IMG/VR virus record: IMGVR_UViG_3300032304_000977
Span: 1 to 64,000 of that record
DNA: 64,000 nucleotides
From: a virus
Taxonomy: Duplodnaviria; Heunggongvirae; Uroviricota; Caudoviricetes
Direction: 5' to 3' (one strand)
How positions within the stretch are numbered: the stretch's first letter is position 1; each line of letters begins with the position of its first letter. The position numbers and the translations under genes are program-made. The notes beneath the pieces are model-generated. The model had not been told where the DNA came from. It did no database searches and worked only from the letters and a program-made list of their open reading frames with translations. Positions 1 to 9,217 of the stretch are shown here, piece after piece.

Positions 1-67
1 TTTGGTAATATCACTGAACATCCAGCAAGTAATATTACGAAAGGAAATATTAGTATGTTTTTCATAT

Positions 68-1279
68 TTACCTCGGTCTATTTAAGAAATTATTTCTAGA
101 AAACTCAAGACGATCCACCAACTTAACAACACGATCACCCTGAACAGCTACAAATCCTTCTGGCGTTGTTGCTACTAAAGAATTACCACGCTCAACGAAA
201 CCAGAAACTCCTGTTTCTAACTTATTTAACTTATTTACAATGATCATCTTACATGTAACGATTAATGAAAATGCTTCATACGCTTTCTCAAGAACTGCTC
301 TATTCTTGTCTAAAAAATCAATAATGTTTTGTCTCTCATCAGATTTTTTTGTTTTCGATGCAGGTGTTTTTACTTTATCTATATCTTTCTGCAGTTCGTC
401 ATGCACAAACTGAGCAAACCCATTCGCATGGGTAAGACCAGTGTAATTACCAGCACGAACATTAGAATTATTGTATTTCGCCATTAATGGATATACCAGT
501 TTATGTGATGACAAAAATGTTAAAAATGATGTCGGTATTGCCACTTTAAGTTTTTGTAATTGAGCATGCGCTTTTAACACAACTGCTTGCTCATCGGCAG
601 ACAACGATAGATCTTTTGTTTTATCTTTTAAAATAGCATCATCAACAAATACATTTCGAGATTTTTTAAGTTTGGCTACTGAGTATCCAAAATTTGCTTT
701 CATACTGGAAAAATCATTACCAGTATAATAAGTATGAAAAATAATACCCATCTTACTTGCGAGGATTTTTCTACCAAGATCACTGTCAGCAACGACAGCA
801 TAAACAATAGTATTGGGTTTGAAAGTAACATGTTTTACTCCATCAATAGTTTGTGGTTTCAAGTCATTATCAGTATATAGAAAATCTCCTTGCACTGTGC
901 CATTTATATTGAGCTCTTTGCAGTATTTTAATGCGAATTTTAATTTCTCAACAAGACCAGCAGAATGACCATGATTCTTTTCAATATCTTCATCTGTGCG
1001 GTTTAATTTTGGTGTCGCATTAAATGCTGATTTTGATGCTACCCAAAAATCTGTTCCCGAATCATGAACAATAATTGATGGCGAACCATCCCATTTTGTT
1101 GTAATTAGCGTTCCTGATGATTTGTTATACAGAGCATTGATGTAAATTTGAATGCTCTCAATAGCAAACTCTAAACCTGCTTTCCCTTCTTCAAACATCA
1201 AATCTTCTAAATGAGAGAGATGTTTAAGTCTAGTAGTATCATTTGCTGCTTCTGATATGTATTCTTTTAATTTTAACAT
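68..1279 (-). CDS. ATP-dependent nucleic-acid ligase family protein (RNA ligase-like nucleotidyltransferase)
   Basis: 403 aa. It has a covalent nucleotidyltransferase motif I KxDG (TKWDGSPSII) in an N-terminal position like T4 RnlA. Its position at the edge of the replication module fits. I cannot tell RNA ligase from DNA ligase without alignment. Confidence 0.45.
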   Translation of the reverse strand: MLKLKEYISEAANDTTRLKHLSHLEDLMFEEGKAGLEFAIESIQIYINALYNKSSGTLITTKWDGSPSIIVHDSGTDFWVASKSAFNATPKLNRTDEDIEKNHGHSAGLVEKLKFALKYCKELNINGTVQGDFLYTDNDLKPQTIDGVKHVTFKPNTIVYAVVADSDLGRKILASKMGIIFHTYYTGNDFSSMKANFGYSVAKLKKSRNVFVDDAILKDKTKDLSLSADEQAVVLKAHAQLQKLKVAIPTSFLTFLSSHKLVYPLMAKYNNSNVRAGNYTGLTHANGFAQFVHDELQKDIDKVKTPASKTKKSDERQNIIDFLDKNRAVLEKAYEAFSLIVTCKMIIVNKLNKLETGVSGFVERGNSLVATTPEGFVAVQGDRVVKLVDRLEFSRNNFLNRPR

Positions 1280-2010
1280 TATACGTTTACCAATACTGCG
1301 GTTGATGGGACTTTGTCAGTAACAACGATTCTTCCTGCTGAATCGCCACGGGATGGAGATACACCATAGATCTTTGGTGTTCCATCTTTGTCTTTTGCTG
1401 CTGGATCGAATCTCTGGTCTTCCCTTCTTGCTCTAAGTCTGAAATATAAATCATGTGATTTAGCATATTCGTCTGCTTTAGTGAGTGCGCCATTTAATTT
1501 TACTGTATTTGTTTTGGCATCATATGGTCCAGTAACTGTCATTGGACCAATATACATATAGTCGATTGGTCCACCCATCGCTGCGTTACCAACAACAATT
1601 TTCATTTTTGGCGTTGCGCCAATTTTACCAAAAACATCTGGGACTTTGTCACCAGGATTAAGGGTTTTCTTTAACTTCTTAAACGCTTCGGTCATAAACT
1701 TTTTTGCTATTCCTGGAACAGCTAGTTCTAAACCACGCAATCCACCACCAGCAAGTGATGGCGCAGATTCGCCCTTCAAAGAACAATTAATTTTCTCAAT
1801 CTTGTTACCCTTCTTTACATGAATAACAACATCAGTGTATGGCTCAGAACCAGATTCTTGTCTACCAGTATACTTTTCTGCATGAATTACACCCGTAATC
1901 TTGGTTTTACCAGCGATTACTGTTACAGGATTTTTACTGTTCTTTTTTACTGCGTCAATTATTGCTTTAATGACGCCATTTTCTTGTCGTTCAGCAGATG
2001 CACCAGCCAT
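1279..2010 (-). CDS. hypothetical protein (Gly-rich)
   Basis: 243-aa ORF in uniform minus-strand coding context. No motif recognised with confidence. Confidence 0.45.
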   Translation of the reverse strand: MAGASAERQENGVIKAIIDAVKKNSKNPVTVIAGKTKITGVIHAEKYTGRQESGSEPYTDVVIHVKKGNKIEKINCSLKGESAPSLAGGGLRGLELAVPGIAKKFMTEAFKKLKKTLNPGDKVPDVFGKIGATPKMKIVVGNAAMGGPIDYMYIGPMTVTGPYDAKTNTVKLNGALTKADEYAKSHDLYFRLRARREDQRFDPAAKDKDGTPKIYGVSPSRGDSAGRIVVTDKVPSTAVLVNV

Positions 2011-2040
2011 TTATATCTCCGATTATGAAATCTGATATAT

Positions 2041-2742
2041 TTAGGCTACTCCATGCCTTTCGTAGCGACGATGCCATTTGTAAACTTCAGAAAGTAGTTT
2101 GTGCAAACAATCATTGTTTCTGAAATCGTAATCAAATGTTTTGAGGATTGATGTTAGAGTTGGAGAGTTAGAACGAATTTTGCAAGAACTTAATAGTTCT
2201 TCTATTGATTTATTAGGATATTTACAACGATAGTCTAGATAGATACAATGAGCATATGCTTGGATTTCGTCAAAGTGACTGTAGTAGTTTCGATCCTCTT
2301 CAATTTTATGACGATTGCTACTTTTGTATTGGTAATAATAGGAAGTTCCCTCATCATATCTACGATCGTACTGCATAAAATGCACAAATTCGTGCATAAG
2401 TGTTTGTATAAACTTATATTTAAATCTGTCCCAAGAACGCTCGGTGAACTCAAACACATCATATGTGTTGGTGTAGATAATGACTGTGCTTCGTCTAGTC
2501 TCAGAGTCGTATTCCCCACCGACTGCGACATATTCTTGATAAAATTTTGATTTAGATGTATTGCGGACAAACTTAATGCAAGTTTTCCATTTTTTGCAAA
2601 AATTAATTAACCCGATTGGATCATTTTTGAAGCGATCTAGATCATTCCATGCTTTTGATGGAATGAACTTTGCTCTGAAAGGACGCTCAGAGAAAGGTAA
2701 AAAGTCTATGAAATCTATCGAGAGGTTTTTTATGAATTCCAT
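2041..2742 (-). CDS. HExxH motif protein, putative zinc metallopeptidase-like
   Basis: 233 aa with LMHEFVHFMQY (HExxH). Directly downstream of an early promoter at 2777-2805. Confidence 0.4.
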   Translation of the reverse strand: MEFIKNLSIDFIDFLPFSERPFRAKFIPSKAWNDLDRFKNDPIGLINFCKKWKTCIKFVRNTSKSKFYQEYVAVGGEYDSETRRSTVIIYTNTYDVFEFTERSWDRFKYKFIQTLMHEFVHFMQYDRRYDEGTSYYYQYKSSNRHKIEEDRNYYSHFDEIQAYAHCIYLDYRCKYPNKSIEELLSSCKIRSNSPTLTSILKTFDYDFRNNDCLHKLLSEVYKWHRRYERHGVA

Positions 2743-2776
2743 GACATCCCCATAAAGTTAAGATTATTTATCCTTT

Positions 2777-2805
2777 ATTATACCTTATGGGTTGTTCGAT
2801 GTCAA
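2777..2805 (-). promoter_or_regulatory. sigma70-type early promoter TTGACA-N17-TATAAT
   Basis: On minus strand: cTTGACAtcgaacaacccataaggTATAAT. Upstream of the HExxH gene. Confidence 0.6.
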
Positions 2806-2810
2806 GCAAT

Positions 2811-4160
2811 TTATCCGAAAAATTCGTCCAAACTCTGAATTTCTTGTTTTTCGAAGTGTTCTTCGAACATATTCCTCGAAGTTTTCGCCAAATTTGGGTC
2901 GAAATTCGTTTTTGTAAGAACTTCGTTTAGATAGCCTGTTGGCTTTTGTTCGGCAAGATCAAGATAGTGCTGAGCAATTCGTTTCCGATCAAACTGTTGA
3001 ATTAGACCATAATTATTATCGACGATACGCATATATTCAGCTTCAGACATGTCGCAGTATTCAGTAATCTTATGCGCATACTCTTTTGGAGTAGAACCCT
3101 TTTTAATCATACAGTAGTTGACACCAGCCTTCAGAACTACACCATTGCCATCTTCATTATTTGAAACACCATAATTAATAGCAATTGGTACTGTTCCGAT
3201 TCGCATAGCATCTACCACAACACGATTGAAGTGTTCGCCAAATGTATTACTCCAACTTGGATCAACCAAAAATTTAGAGGAAGATAGGATTTCGTCACGT
3301 TTAGCGCCAGAGATAAAACCGAGATATTCAAAGTTGCCAGAATCCTCAGCATTTTCCCAGATACGTTTTCCGATCATCTTGTCTGTTGCATCTGGATCAT
3401 ATTGTTTTGTGCAAAAATATTCTTCTTTACACTTATCTTTTGACATCATATATGCTGCTTCAATACCATATCCCCCAACCAAAGTTTTGACCATGGGCAT
3501 GTGAGGAACAGCACGAATAAGGTCGTCCACACGCTTCCAGCGTTTAAAGGTTTGTATAGACAGGATTTTGTTCTCGCGACCAGCAAATTTTGGGGTAGGT
3601 GGAACGCCAGCGATATCCTGTGGGTTCAAAATTAACGCTCGAGGTGTGGACATAAAATCAGCTGATTCGTATGCAGCAGGATGCACGCACGCAAGACCAG
3701 CAAAATGTTTTTCGAATAAACTAATCCAAGGATATAGTTTTTTCAAATTAGCATCATGAATGATTACGATTTGTTTGGCTTTCACATTCTCAATCATTGG
3801 TAGCCATTCTTTGTATTGCTCGGTATCTTTGTTCTTAAATCCAAAGATAGATTGCCAAATTACAACATCATGTTTGTTGGCATCTTGAACGAACTGCTCA
3901 ATAGAATCTTTTACTTTATATGAATAATATGGAGCAAGCCAACCATCTCCCTGATGCACAGGAAATCCAGAACCAATACCAATCTCCCATCCCTCTTTCA
4001 ATACAGAAGGAATTTCAACAGGTTTTACCTGTTTGTTTGGCTTAAGATAAGCGAACGTCACTTCATGACCAAGTTCTTTCAACCCTGCCATTAAATGTTC
4101 ACAGTGATTGATAATACCTCCAAAATTGTTGAAGGTGTGCATCGCCATCATAATTTTCAT
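2811..4160 (-). CDS. GT-B fold glycosyltransferase (GT4-like; N-terminus resembles T4 alpha-glucosyltransferase)
   Basis: 449 aa. N-terminus MKIMMAMHTFNNFGG...GHEVTF resembles the GT-B/GT4 start (T4 a-gt MRICIFMARGLEGCG...GHEVTL). C-terminal EX7E-like block TFGEHFNRVVVDAMRIGTVPIAI. Confidence 0.6.
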   Translation of the reverse strand: MKIMMAMHTFNNFGGIINHCEHLMAGLKELGHEVTFAYLKPNKQVKPVEIPSVLKEGWEIGIGSGFPVHQGDGWLAPYYSYKVKDSIEQFVQDANKHDVVIWQSIFGFKNKDTEQYKEWLPMIENVKAKQIVIIHDANLKKLYPWISLFEKHFAGLACVHPAAYESADFMSTPRALILNPQDIAGVPPTPKFAGRENKILSIQTFKRWKRVDDLIRAVPHMPMVKTLVGGYGIEAAYMMSKDKCKEEYFCTKQYDPDATDKMIGKRIWENAEDSGNFEYLGFISGAKRDEILSSSKFLVDPSWSNTFGEHFNRVVVDAMRIGTVPIAINYGVSNNEDGNGVVLKAGVNYCMIKKGSTPKEYAHKITEYCDMSEAEYMRIVDNNYGLIQQFDRKRIAQHYLDLAEQKPTGYLNEVLTKTNFDPNLAKTSRNMFEEHFEKQEIQSLDEFFG

Positions 4161-4321
4161 TTAATATCCTTTGTGTTATTGTCTAACCATTGTTTTGCTT
4201 CTTCTTCTGAATCAAAATATGGTCCAAAAGTTTTGTGGTTTTCATCAACCCAAAAAAACGTATAGGATGGTAAACCAGCATCTCTATATTTCACCAGTTT
4301 TAGTTTAAGTCCAAAGTCCAT
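4161..4321 (-). CDS. small hypothetical protein (53 aa, not in supplied ORF track)
   Basis: ATG at 4319-4321 and TAA at 4161-4163 on the minus strand, filling the gap between two genes. Protein MDFGLKLKLVKYRDAGLPSYTFFWVDENHK... Ends 1 nt before the glycosyltransferase start. Confidence 0.25.
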
Positions 4322-5153
4322 GACGCACCTTGATCAAACGAATCATCATTTCTTCATCTTCGTCTTCGTATTGTTTTTCGAGTTTAGAACACTCATCAAG
4401 CATTTTACTTACACGCTCACGTTGTTCAGGTGTTTTCTCATCACGGAACAATCCCAGTGACTCTCCATCTTCATCTTTCTCATTACGTTTCTCATCGCAA
4501 TAAGCAGACCAACCTGATGCTTCATGAGGATCAACACGCTTAGGACGTTCAACTGTCCACCATGTATATAGATCTAGTATTTCTTGCGCTTGAATCGCTT
4601 GTTGAGTTGGCTTGCCGAATTTTTCGTCTTCGGGGGTTAGACCATAACCTTCATCAGAAATCAACTTACGTTGCCATTCTAAGTTGGCAAGACCACACTC
4701 TGGATTGCGCCATGTTCTCCAACGGAACCAACCCCAAGCCCACCATGGTGCAACAAATTTCTTGCGAGCATCTTGGTCCCATGCTACGTGCCACCATGCC
4801 AATTCTATTTCAACAAAATCTACAAGTTCATTGAAAAGACATGGAAGAAATCTATTTCCAACATCTTGCCATTGTCCTGGCTTAATATCACGAGGGTGAG
4901 CAGTAAGCTGATGAGTGCGAGTAACGAATCGGTTGTTAATATAATACTTGACAGAATAGATTTTGTCAGGCACGAACATGATGGCGTTTTGGATTATGTC
5001 AAGACCTTCTTCTGCTAACCAGTAGCGGAAAGGGTAAGACTTCTTTGCCAGTTTATTCCAAGCTGCCCATCCTTCACTTGTTTCTGCATGTGGCTTTGCT
5101 GTACCACGCAGCCAGTCAGCGAATTTCGAACAAGTCCAATAATTACTTCTCAT
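4305..5153 (-). CDS. hypothetical Trp-rich protein
   Basis: 282 aa, unusually W-rich (WWAWGWFRWRTWRN), acidic C-terminus. Sits in the operon between the 2OG oxygenase and glycosyltransferase genes. Confidence 0.45.
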   Translation of the reverse strand: MRSNYWTCSKFADWLRGTAKPHAETSEGWAAWNKLAKKSYPFRYWLAEEGLDIIQNAIMFVPDKIYSVKYYINNRFVTRTHQLTAHPRDIKPGQWQDVGNRFLPCLFNELVDFVEIELAWWHVAWDQDARKKFVAPWWAWGWFRWRTWRNPECGLANLEWQRKLISDEGYGLTPEDEKFGKPTQQAIQAQEILDLYTWWTVERPKRVDPHEASGWSAYCDEKRNEKDEDGESLGLFRDEKTPEQRERVSKMLDECSKLEKQYEDEDEEMMIRLIKVRHGLWT

Positions 5154-5176
5154 AGTTACTCCAAGTTTTATACCTA

Positions 5177-5205
5177 ATTATACCCGATTATAGTTTAAAT
5201 GTCAA
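5177..5205 (-). promoter_or_regulatory. sigma70-type early promoter TTGACA-N17-TATAAT
   Basis: Minus strand: cTTGACAtttaaactataatcgggTATAAT. The -35 overlaps the stop of the 2OG oxygenase gene. Drives the W-rich and glycosyltransferase genes. Confidence 0.6.
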
Positions 5206-6518
5206 GCAAAAAAATCAGCCAAATCTGCTTTCATTGCATTCGGGTGGTACTTCGAAAGAACTTCTTCGCCAAGTTTTTCTCGAAGATATTCATACCACTC
5301 TTGCTCTTCCCACATTCCTGGCGAAACACCATTCCACAATTTTTTCCAAAGAGGATGTTCTTTATTCAATCTACGCGATTCAACAAATTCATATCTAGCG
5401 TTTTCATATTCAAACGAACCAAGTTCAAGCATGTTTTCACGGAAGTACACAACCAATGAAATTCGTTCAGTTTGATCGTCATTTAATACGATGGGAGTGT
5501 TTCCATGGATAATTTCATGGTTGTTAACAAGTAGTAGGTCTCCTGGACGGACATTAACAGCCATACGAATTTCTGGGAACACCAAGTAACCACCTGTGAA
5601 ATTGCCAGTGTTAGACAAAACCAATAAATTAGACAAACCAGAATCCAAGTCACCAGCATCACGATGTGCTGCGGTGCGGAATGTTTTGTTAACTGTGATT
5701 GTTGTGAATGGTGTTTCTGGAACAAGGTATCGTTTGTCAAGGTTTTTCGCAGCCTCCATTTGATTATTATAACGCCAAGGTAGTAACTCTTTAAAACCAC
5801 GTGCCAAAGATTGTAAGAATGGATATGCCATTGCAAACTTCTCTGGATTGTCGCGAGTATATGTAGTCGCACGACCATAAGGGATTCGAGGATAACGATC
5901 ATACCAACCTGCGATACCAGAATCAACTGGATTGCCATAAGATGTTTCGCTGATCATCTTCATTGTTTCTTTTGTTGATTCTGCTCTCTGCGCAGGTGTT
6001 AATGGAATAATACTATCAACCCATTCGTCAAAATTAAACTTGTTTCTGAAACGTGATATAACCCAGACATTATTCTTACCAGAACCCAATGCCTTTAAAC
6101 GTGCTTCTAGTGTTGGATAGCGTGATCTAACATCTTCAATAATATCTTCATCACCGAGTTTTGCTTTTTCTGCATTTAGCAAAGCAAGCATCATTTCTTC
6201 CTGATAATTAGTAACCCACTCACGACCCTCACCAGTTACCGATGTTCCTTCTTTAATTCCAGAAGCAAGACCACGATTTTCGGTGCGAACAGCTGCTTCA
6301 CGCAAACCAACATATGCTAAATCCTGCTCTTCTTTCGAAAAAAAGTTTTTTCTAAATTTAAATGCAATGTGTCGTTCATCAGGATCTACACCATATCCAG
6401 ATGGGAGAAAACAGTCTGTGTCTTCTTCAATAAGGATATCGTAGTGGTTCTCATCAACAAACATACCGAGCAAATGCTCACAATTTTGTTTTTGATCTAG
6501 TTTAATAATCTGTGTCAT
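5202..6518 (-). CDS. 2OG-Fe(II) dioxygenase domain protein (C-terminal HxD...H...RxS)
   Basis: 438 aa. C-terminal AAHRDAGD ... HEIIHGNTPI ... RISLVVYF is the canonical 2-oxoglutarate/Fe(II) oxygenase triad plus the 2OG-binding RxS. The N-terminal ~250 aa are unassigned. Confidence 0.6.
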   Translation of the reverse strand: MTQIIKLDQKQNCEHLLGMFVDENHYDILIEEDTDCFLPSGYGVDPDERHIAFKFRKNFFSKEEQDLAYVGLREAAVRTENRGLASGIKEGTSVTGEGREWVTNYQEEMMLALLNAEKAKLGDEDIIEDVRSRYPTLEARLKALGSGKNNVWVISRFRNKFNFDEWVDSIIPLTPAQRAESTKETMKMISETSYGNPVDSGIAGWYDRYPRIPYGRATTYTRDNPEKFAMAYPFLQSLARGFKELLPWRYNNQMEAAKNLDKRYLVPETPFTTITVNKTFRTAAHRDAGDLDSGLSNLLVLSNTGNFTGGYLVFPEIRMAVNVRPGDLLLVNNHEIIHGNTPIVLNDDQTERISLVVYFRENMLELGSFEYENARYEFVESRRLNKEHPLWKKLWNGVSPGMWEEQEWYEYLREKLGEEVLSKYHPNAMKADLADFFA

Positions 6519-7897
6519 TCGAATATCTCCGATTTAATTCTTCTTCCAAATTTTGTCGCATCAAACAAAGGTGTGTCATCATCAACTTTACCTTGTCCCT
6601 CAATATGTAGTTGTGCGCTCATTTCAACATTATAAAGTCTCATATGTTTTCTATCAATACCAACCACAAATCTCTTATAAAAGTTTGGATCAGAATAACG
6701 ATTCTTCAATTGTTTTACCATAATCTGATTCATTTGATCGAGTTCTTCAGTAGCAATCAACGCAACCATCAAGTCGGCTGTCGCTGGCAAACCAAAAGAT
6801 TCAGAAGTATCTTCAAGTCCAGGATCGGTGTTAGCAAATCCAGAACGAGTCGTTTGTGTAGCGCTTACAACAGGAACTTTATATTCTCCAGCCAATCCCC
6901 TCAATTCTTCTGCGATAGACTTAATGTATGTATAAGAATTGACATTCGCTCCCATACGTAGTCTTTGGGAAGAGCAGATATTAAGGTAATCGATAAAAAT
7001 CACATCAGGGATAAACTCCCTCTTCATCTTCAACTCTTCAATCAATGCACGGAAATGACCAGCATGAGCAGAAGCAGTAGGATATTCTTTTACGATCAGT
7101 TTACCTTTTGTCTTATTACTAATCTTCTCAATCCTAGAATCAAAGATTCTTCTTTCCATTAACTTCAAACCATCCATAGTGATTTCTAAGAGGTTTGCGT
7201 CAATACGTTCAGCAATCTTTTCTTCAGCCATCTCCATAGTTATGTATAACACATTTTTACCCTGAAGCATAAAACTTGCAGCGAAATGACACATAGCCAA
7301 AGATTTACCAACACCAGTTCCAGCCAAAATAATGTTTAGAGTTTTCCTACTAAGACCACCATTTGTTATTTTGTTAAGAAGGTCGATATCGAAAGGAATT
7401 TTCTCTTCAACTCTGTGATAAAAATCATAGCGATCAGAAGCATTCTCAATATAGTCATGCCCAATATTACTATCAAACGTGACAGCCAAAGCATCGCTAA
7501 GTAAAGATACAATCGCATCTTGGTTGTGATTTTTGTCTTTTCCTTCAATAATTTTGATTGATTGGATGATTGCATTATAAACAGCTCTGTCTTTACAAAA
7601 TTTCTCTGTAGTATCAGTTATCCAATCTTCATTTGTTTTCTCTTCGCTAAGAGAATCCAAAGTCTCGTAAGATCCCTTTACCTCATGTTCAGTTACGTCT
7701 GTCCTATTGCTAATTTCAAGTTTTAATACATCAACAGTAGGAACAGTATTATACTTGTTGAAGAAATTGTTATATTCTTCAAAAATAATCTTATCAGTTC
7801 TATCCGTAAAGTATTCAGGAAATAAGAAAGGAAACACCTTTCTTGCATATTCTTCATTACATAACAGATTTGAAAAAATTTGATTCTCAATCCTCAT
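6515..7897 (-). CDS. 41: DnaB-family replicative DNA helicase (T4 gp41 homolog)
   Basis: 460 aa. Walker [14 protein letters not shown], DnaB-like C-terminal RecA fold. Synteny next to uvsX as in T4-like phages. Confidence 0.85.
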   Translation of the reverse strand: MRIENQIFSNLLCNEEYARKVFPFLFPEYFTDRTDKIIFEEYNNFFNKYNTVPTVDVLKLEISNRTDVTEHEVKGSYETLDSLSEEKTNEDWITDTTEKFCKDRAVYNAIIQSIKIIEGKDKNHNQDAIVSLLSDALAVTFDSNIGHDYIENASDRYDFYHRVEEKIPFDIDLLNKITNGGLSRKTLNIILAGTGVGKSLAMCHFAASFMLQGKNVLYITMEMAEEKIAERIDANLLEITMDGLKLMERRIFDSRIEKISNKTKGKLIVKEYPTASAHAGHFRALIEELKMKREFIPDVIFIDYLNICSSQRLRMGANVNSYTYIKSIAEELRGLAGEYKVPVVSATQTTRSGFANTDPGLEDTSESFGLPATADLMVALIATEELDQMNQIMVKQLKNRYSDPNFYKRFVVGIDRKHMRLYNVEMSAQLHIEGQGKVDDDTPLFDATKFGRRIKSEIFE

Positions 7898-8945
7898 TCA
7901 AAACTTCCTCCTCTTCAACAGCAGATTCTACAACATCACTACCATAATTATACTTCTTCTTACAATATGTGTCAAGTTGTGATAAGATATCTTCTGTGAA
8001 AAACTCGGAAGGATTGTTTGCAATATTTTTGCCGAAAACTTTACGACCATCGTGAACTTCAATTCGTCCACCTTGCGCTTTCCAGATTCCTGCTTCAACA
8101 GCAAGGTCGGTAAGACCATGATAACGATCAAGTCCCTTAGTGAAAGACAACTTTGTTTCAACCATAGACTTCTCACGTGTGAATCTTGATTTCTCAAGTT
8201 TACATTTAATGATGTTACCAACAACCTCAGTTCCATCCTTATCCTGTGACTTAGATAGGAACACAATTGTTGAGGCAGCATATTTCAAACCATCACCACC
8301 ACCCATCGTTTTGGTTGGCATGTATGCGCCAACAACTGCATATGTGTGATTCGTAACAACCATCGCTACATCTAGTTTCGCCAACTTCAAAGATAAGACC
8401 CTAAACGCACCTCGAATCAACTGCGCACGGGTCATGTCTCGAGTATCTTTCCCCTCAAGCGTATCTTCCATTTCTTTTGAAGTTGATAGCATACCCAATG
8501 AATCGAGGAAAAACATCAATGGTGGTCTATCTTTCTTGGATGTCTTTTCATAAGCATCTAGAATCTTGGTCGCTTGAGTGCGAAACTCTTGAACAGTTGA
8601 AACAGGAACAATCATAAAACGCTTGGTGTCGATACCACGTTCAACAAGCATTTCTTTGTTTAATGCTCCCTCTGTTTCGAAGTAAATGACTCCAGCTTGT
8701 TCATTAGTGCGTAGAAAGTTGTTCGCAATACCCAAAGCATAGAATGTTTTTCCAGTGGAAGACTCACCAGCCAGAGCTGTAACTTTGTTCCCAGGAAGAC
8801 CACCATAAATGCTACCACTGAGAAGAGCATTAAGGGTATAAGAACCAGTATCGATAAACTTAGTTGTATCACCAACAACGCCATCATCAGCCAATCCCGC
8901 ATACTCATTGTCTAACTCCTTAACTATATTCTTCAAAAAACTCAT
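7887..8945 (-). CDS. uvsX: UvsX RecA-like recombinase
   Basis: 352 aa. RecA core with P-loop GESSTGKTF. Located between gp43 and gp41 as in T4-like genomes. Confidence 0.85.
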   Translation of the reverse strand: MSFLKNIVKELDNEYAGLADDGVVGDTTKFIDTGSYTLNALLSGSIYGGLPGNKVTALAGESSTGKTFYALGIANNFLRTNEQAGVIYFETEGALNKEMLVERGIDTKRFMIVPVSTVQEFRTQATKILDAYEKTSKKDRPPLMFFLDSLGMLSTSKEMEDTLEGKDTRDMTRAQLIRGAFRVLSLKLAKLDVAMVVTNHTYAVVGAYMPTKTMGGGDGLKYAASTIVFLSKSQDKDGTEVVGNIIKCKLEKSRFTREKSMVETKLSFTKGLDRYHGLTDLAVEAGIWKAQGGRIEVHDGRKVFGKNIANNPSEFFTEDILSQLDTYCKKKYNYGSDVVESAVEEEEVLNED

Positions 8946-9166
8946 TGCTTTGTCTCCTCAGGTAATTGATATTCTACTTCGCTTGCGATCATTGAAAGAT
9001 AATCGATAGCACACACTAAACAGTATGATTTCTTTTCATATCCATGTTCTGGCATATTAACACGAAACACATACTCGTCTCTGACTTCTCCGTGTTTTGG
9101 GCAGATAACTTTCGGTGGATTGTTTGGGTCTACTTCTAAAAATTCTAATTGTTTCTCATCAGTCAT
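8942..9166 (-). CDS. small zinc-ribbon protein
   Basis: 74 aa with CPKHG...CLVC cysteine pairs. Tightly packed between gp43 and uvsX. Confidence 0.4.
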   Translation of the reverse strand: MTDEKQLEFLEVDPNNPPKVICPKHGEVRDEYVFRVNMPEHGYEKKSYCLVCAIDYLSMIASEVEYQLPEETKQ

Positions 9167-9217
9167 AATTGTATCCTTTCATATAGTATACATGATCTAT
9201 GTATAAATGTAAATTGT

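Noticed and set aside
1287-1493. Nested or alternative-frame minus-strand ORFs (1287..1493, 2235..2570, 5483..5938, 7366..7575, 7928..8281, 8660..8908, 16887..17075, 28242..28472, 33062..33277, 33330..33524, 37352..37642, 39082..39387, 42191..42481, 45602..45799, 48066..48365, 50717..50932, 51479..51769, 51893..52111)
   Set aside because: They are fully contained within larger ORFs that carry recognisable domains, and no independent signal is present.
1279-2010. PD-(D/E)xK nuclease assignment for the 243-aa protein
   Set aside because: Only a loose D...E.K pattern (YTDVV...IEKINCSLK) with incorrect spacing for ExK. Not supportable by eye.
1819-2028. Plus-strand ORFs throughout the window (e.g. 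1819..2028, 2248..2550, 3226..3504, 22721..23305, 30019..30720, 33253..33825)
   Set aside because: All are antisense to longer minus-strand genes with clear homologies, have no promoter or RBS support, and the genome shows uniform minus-strand organisation. They are treated as shadow ORFs.
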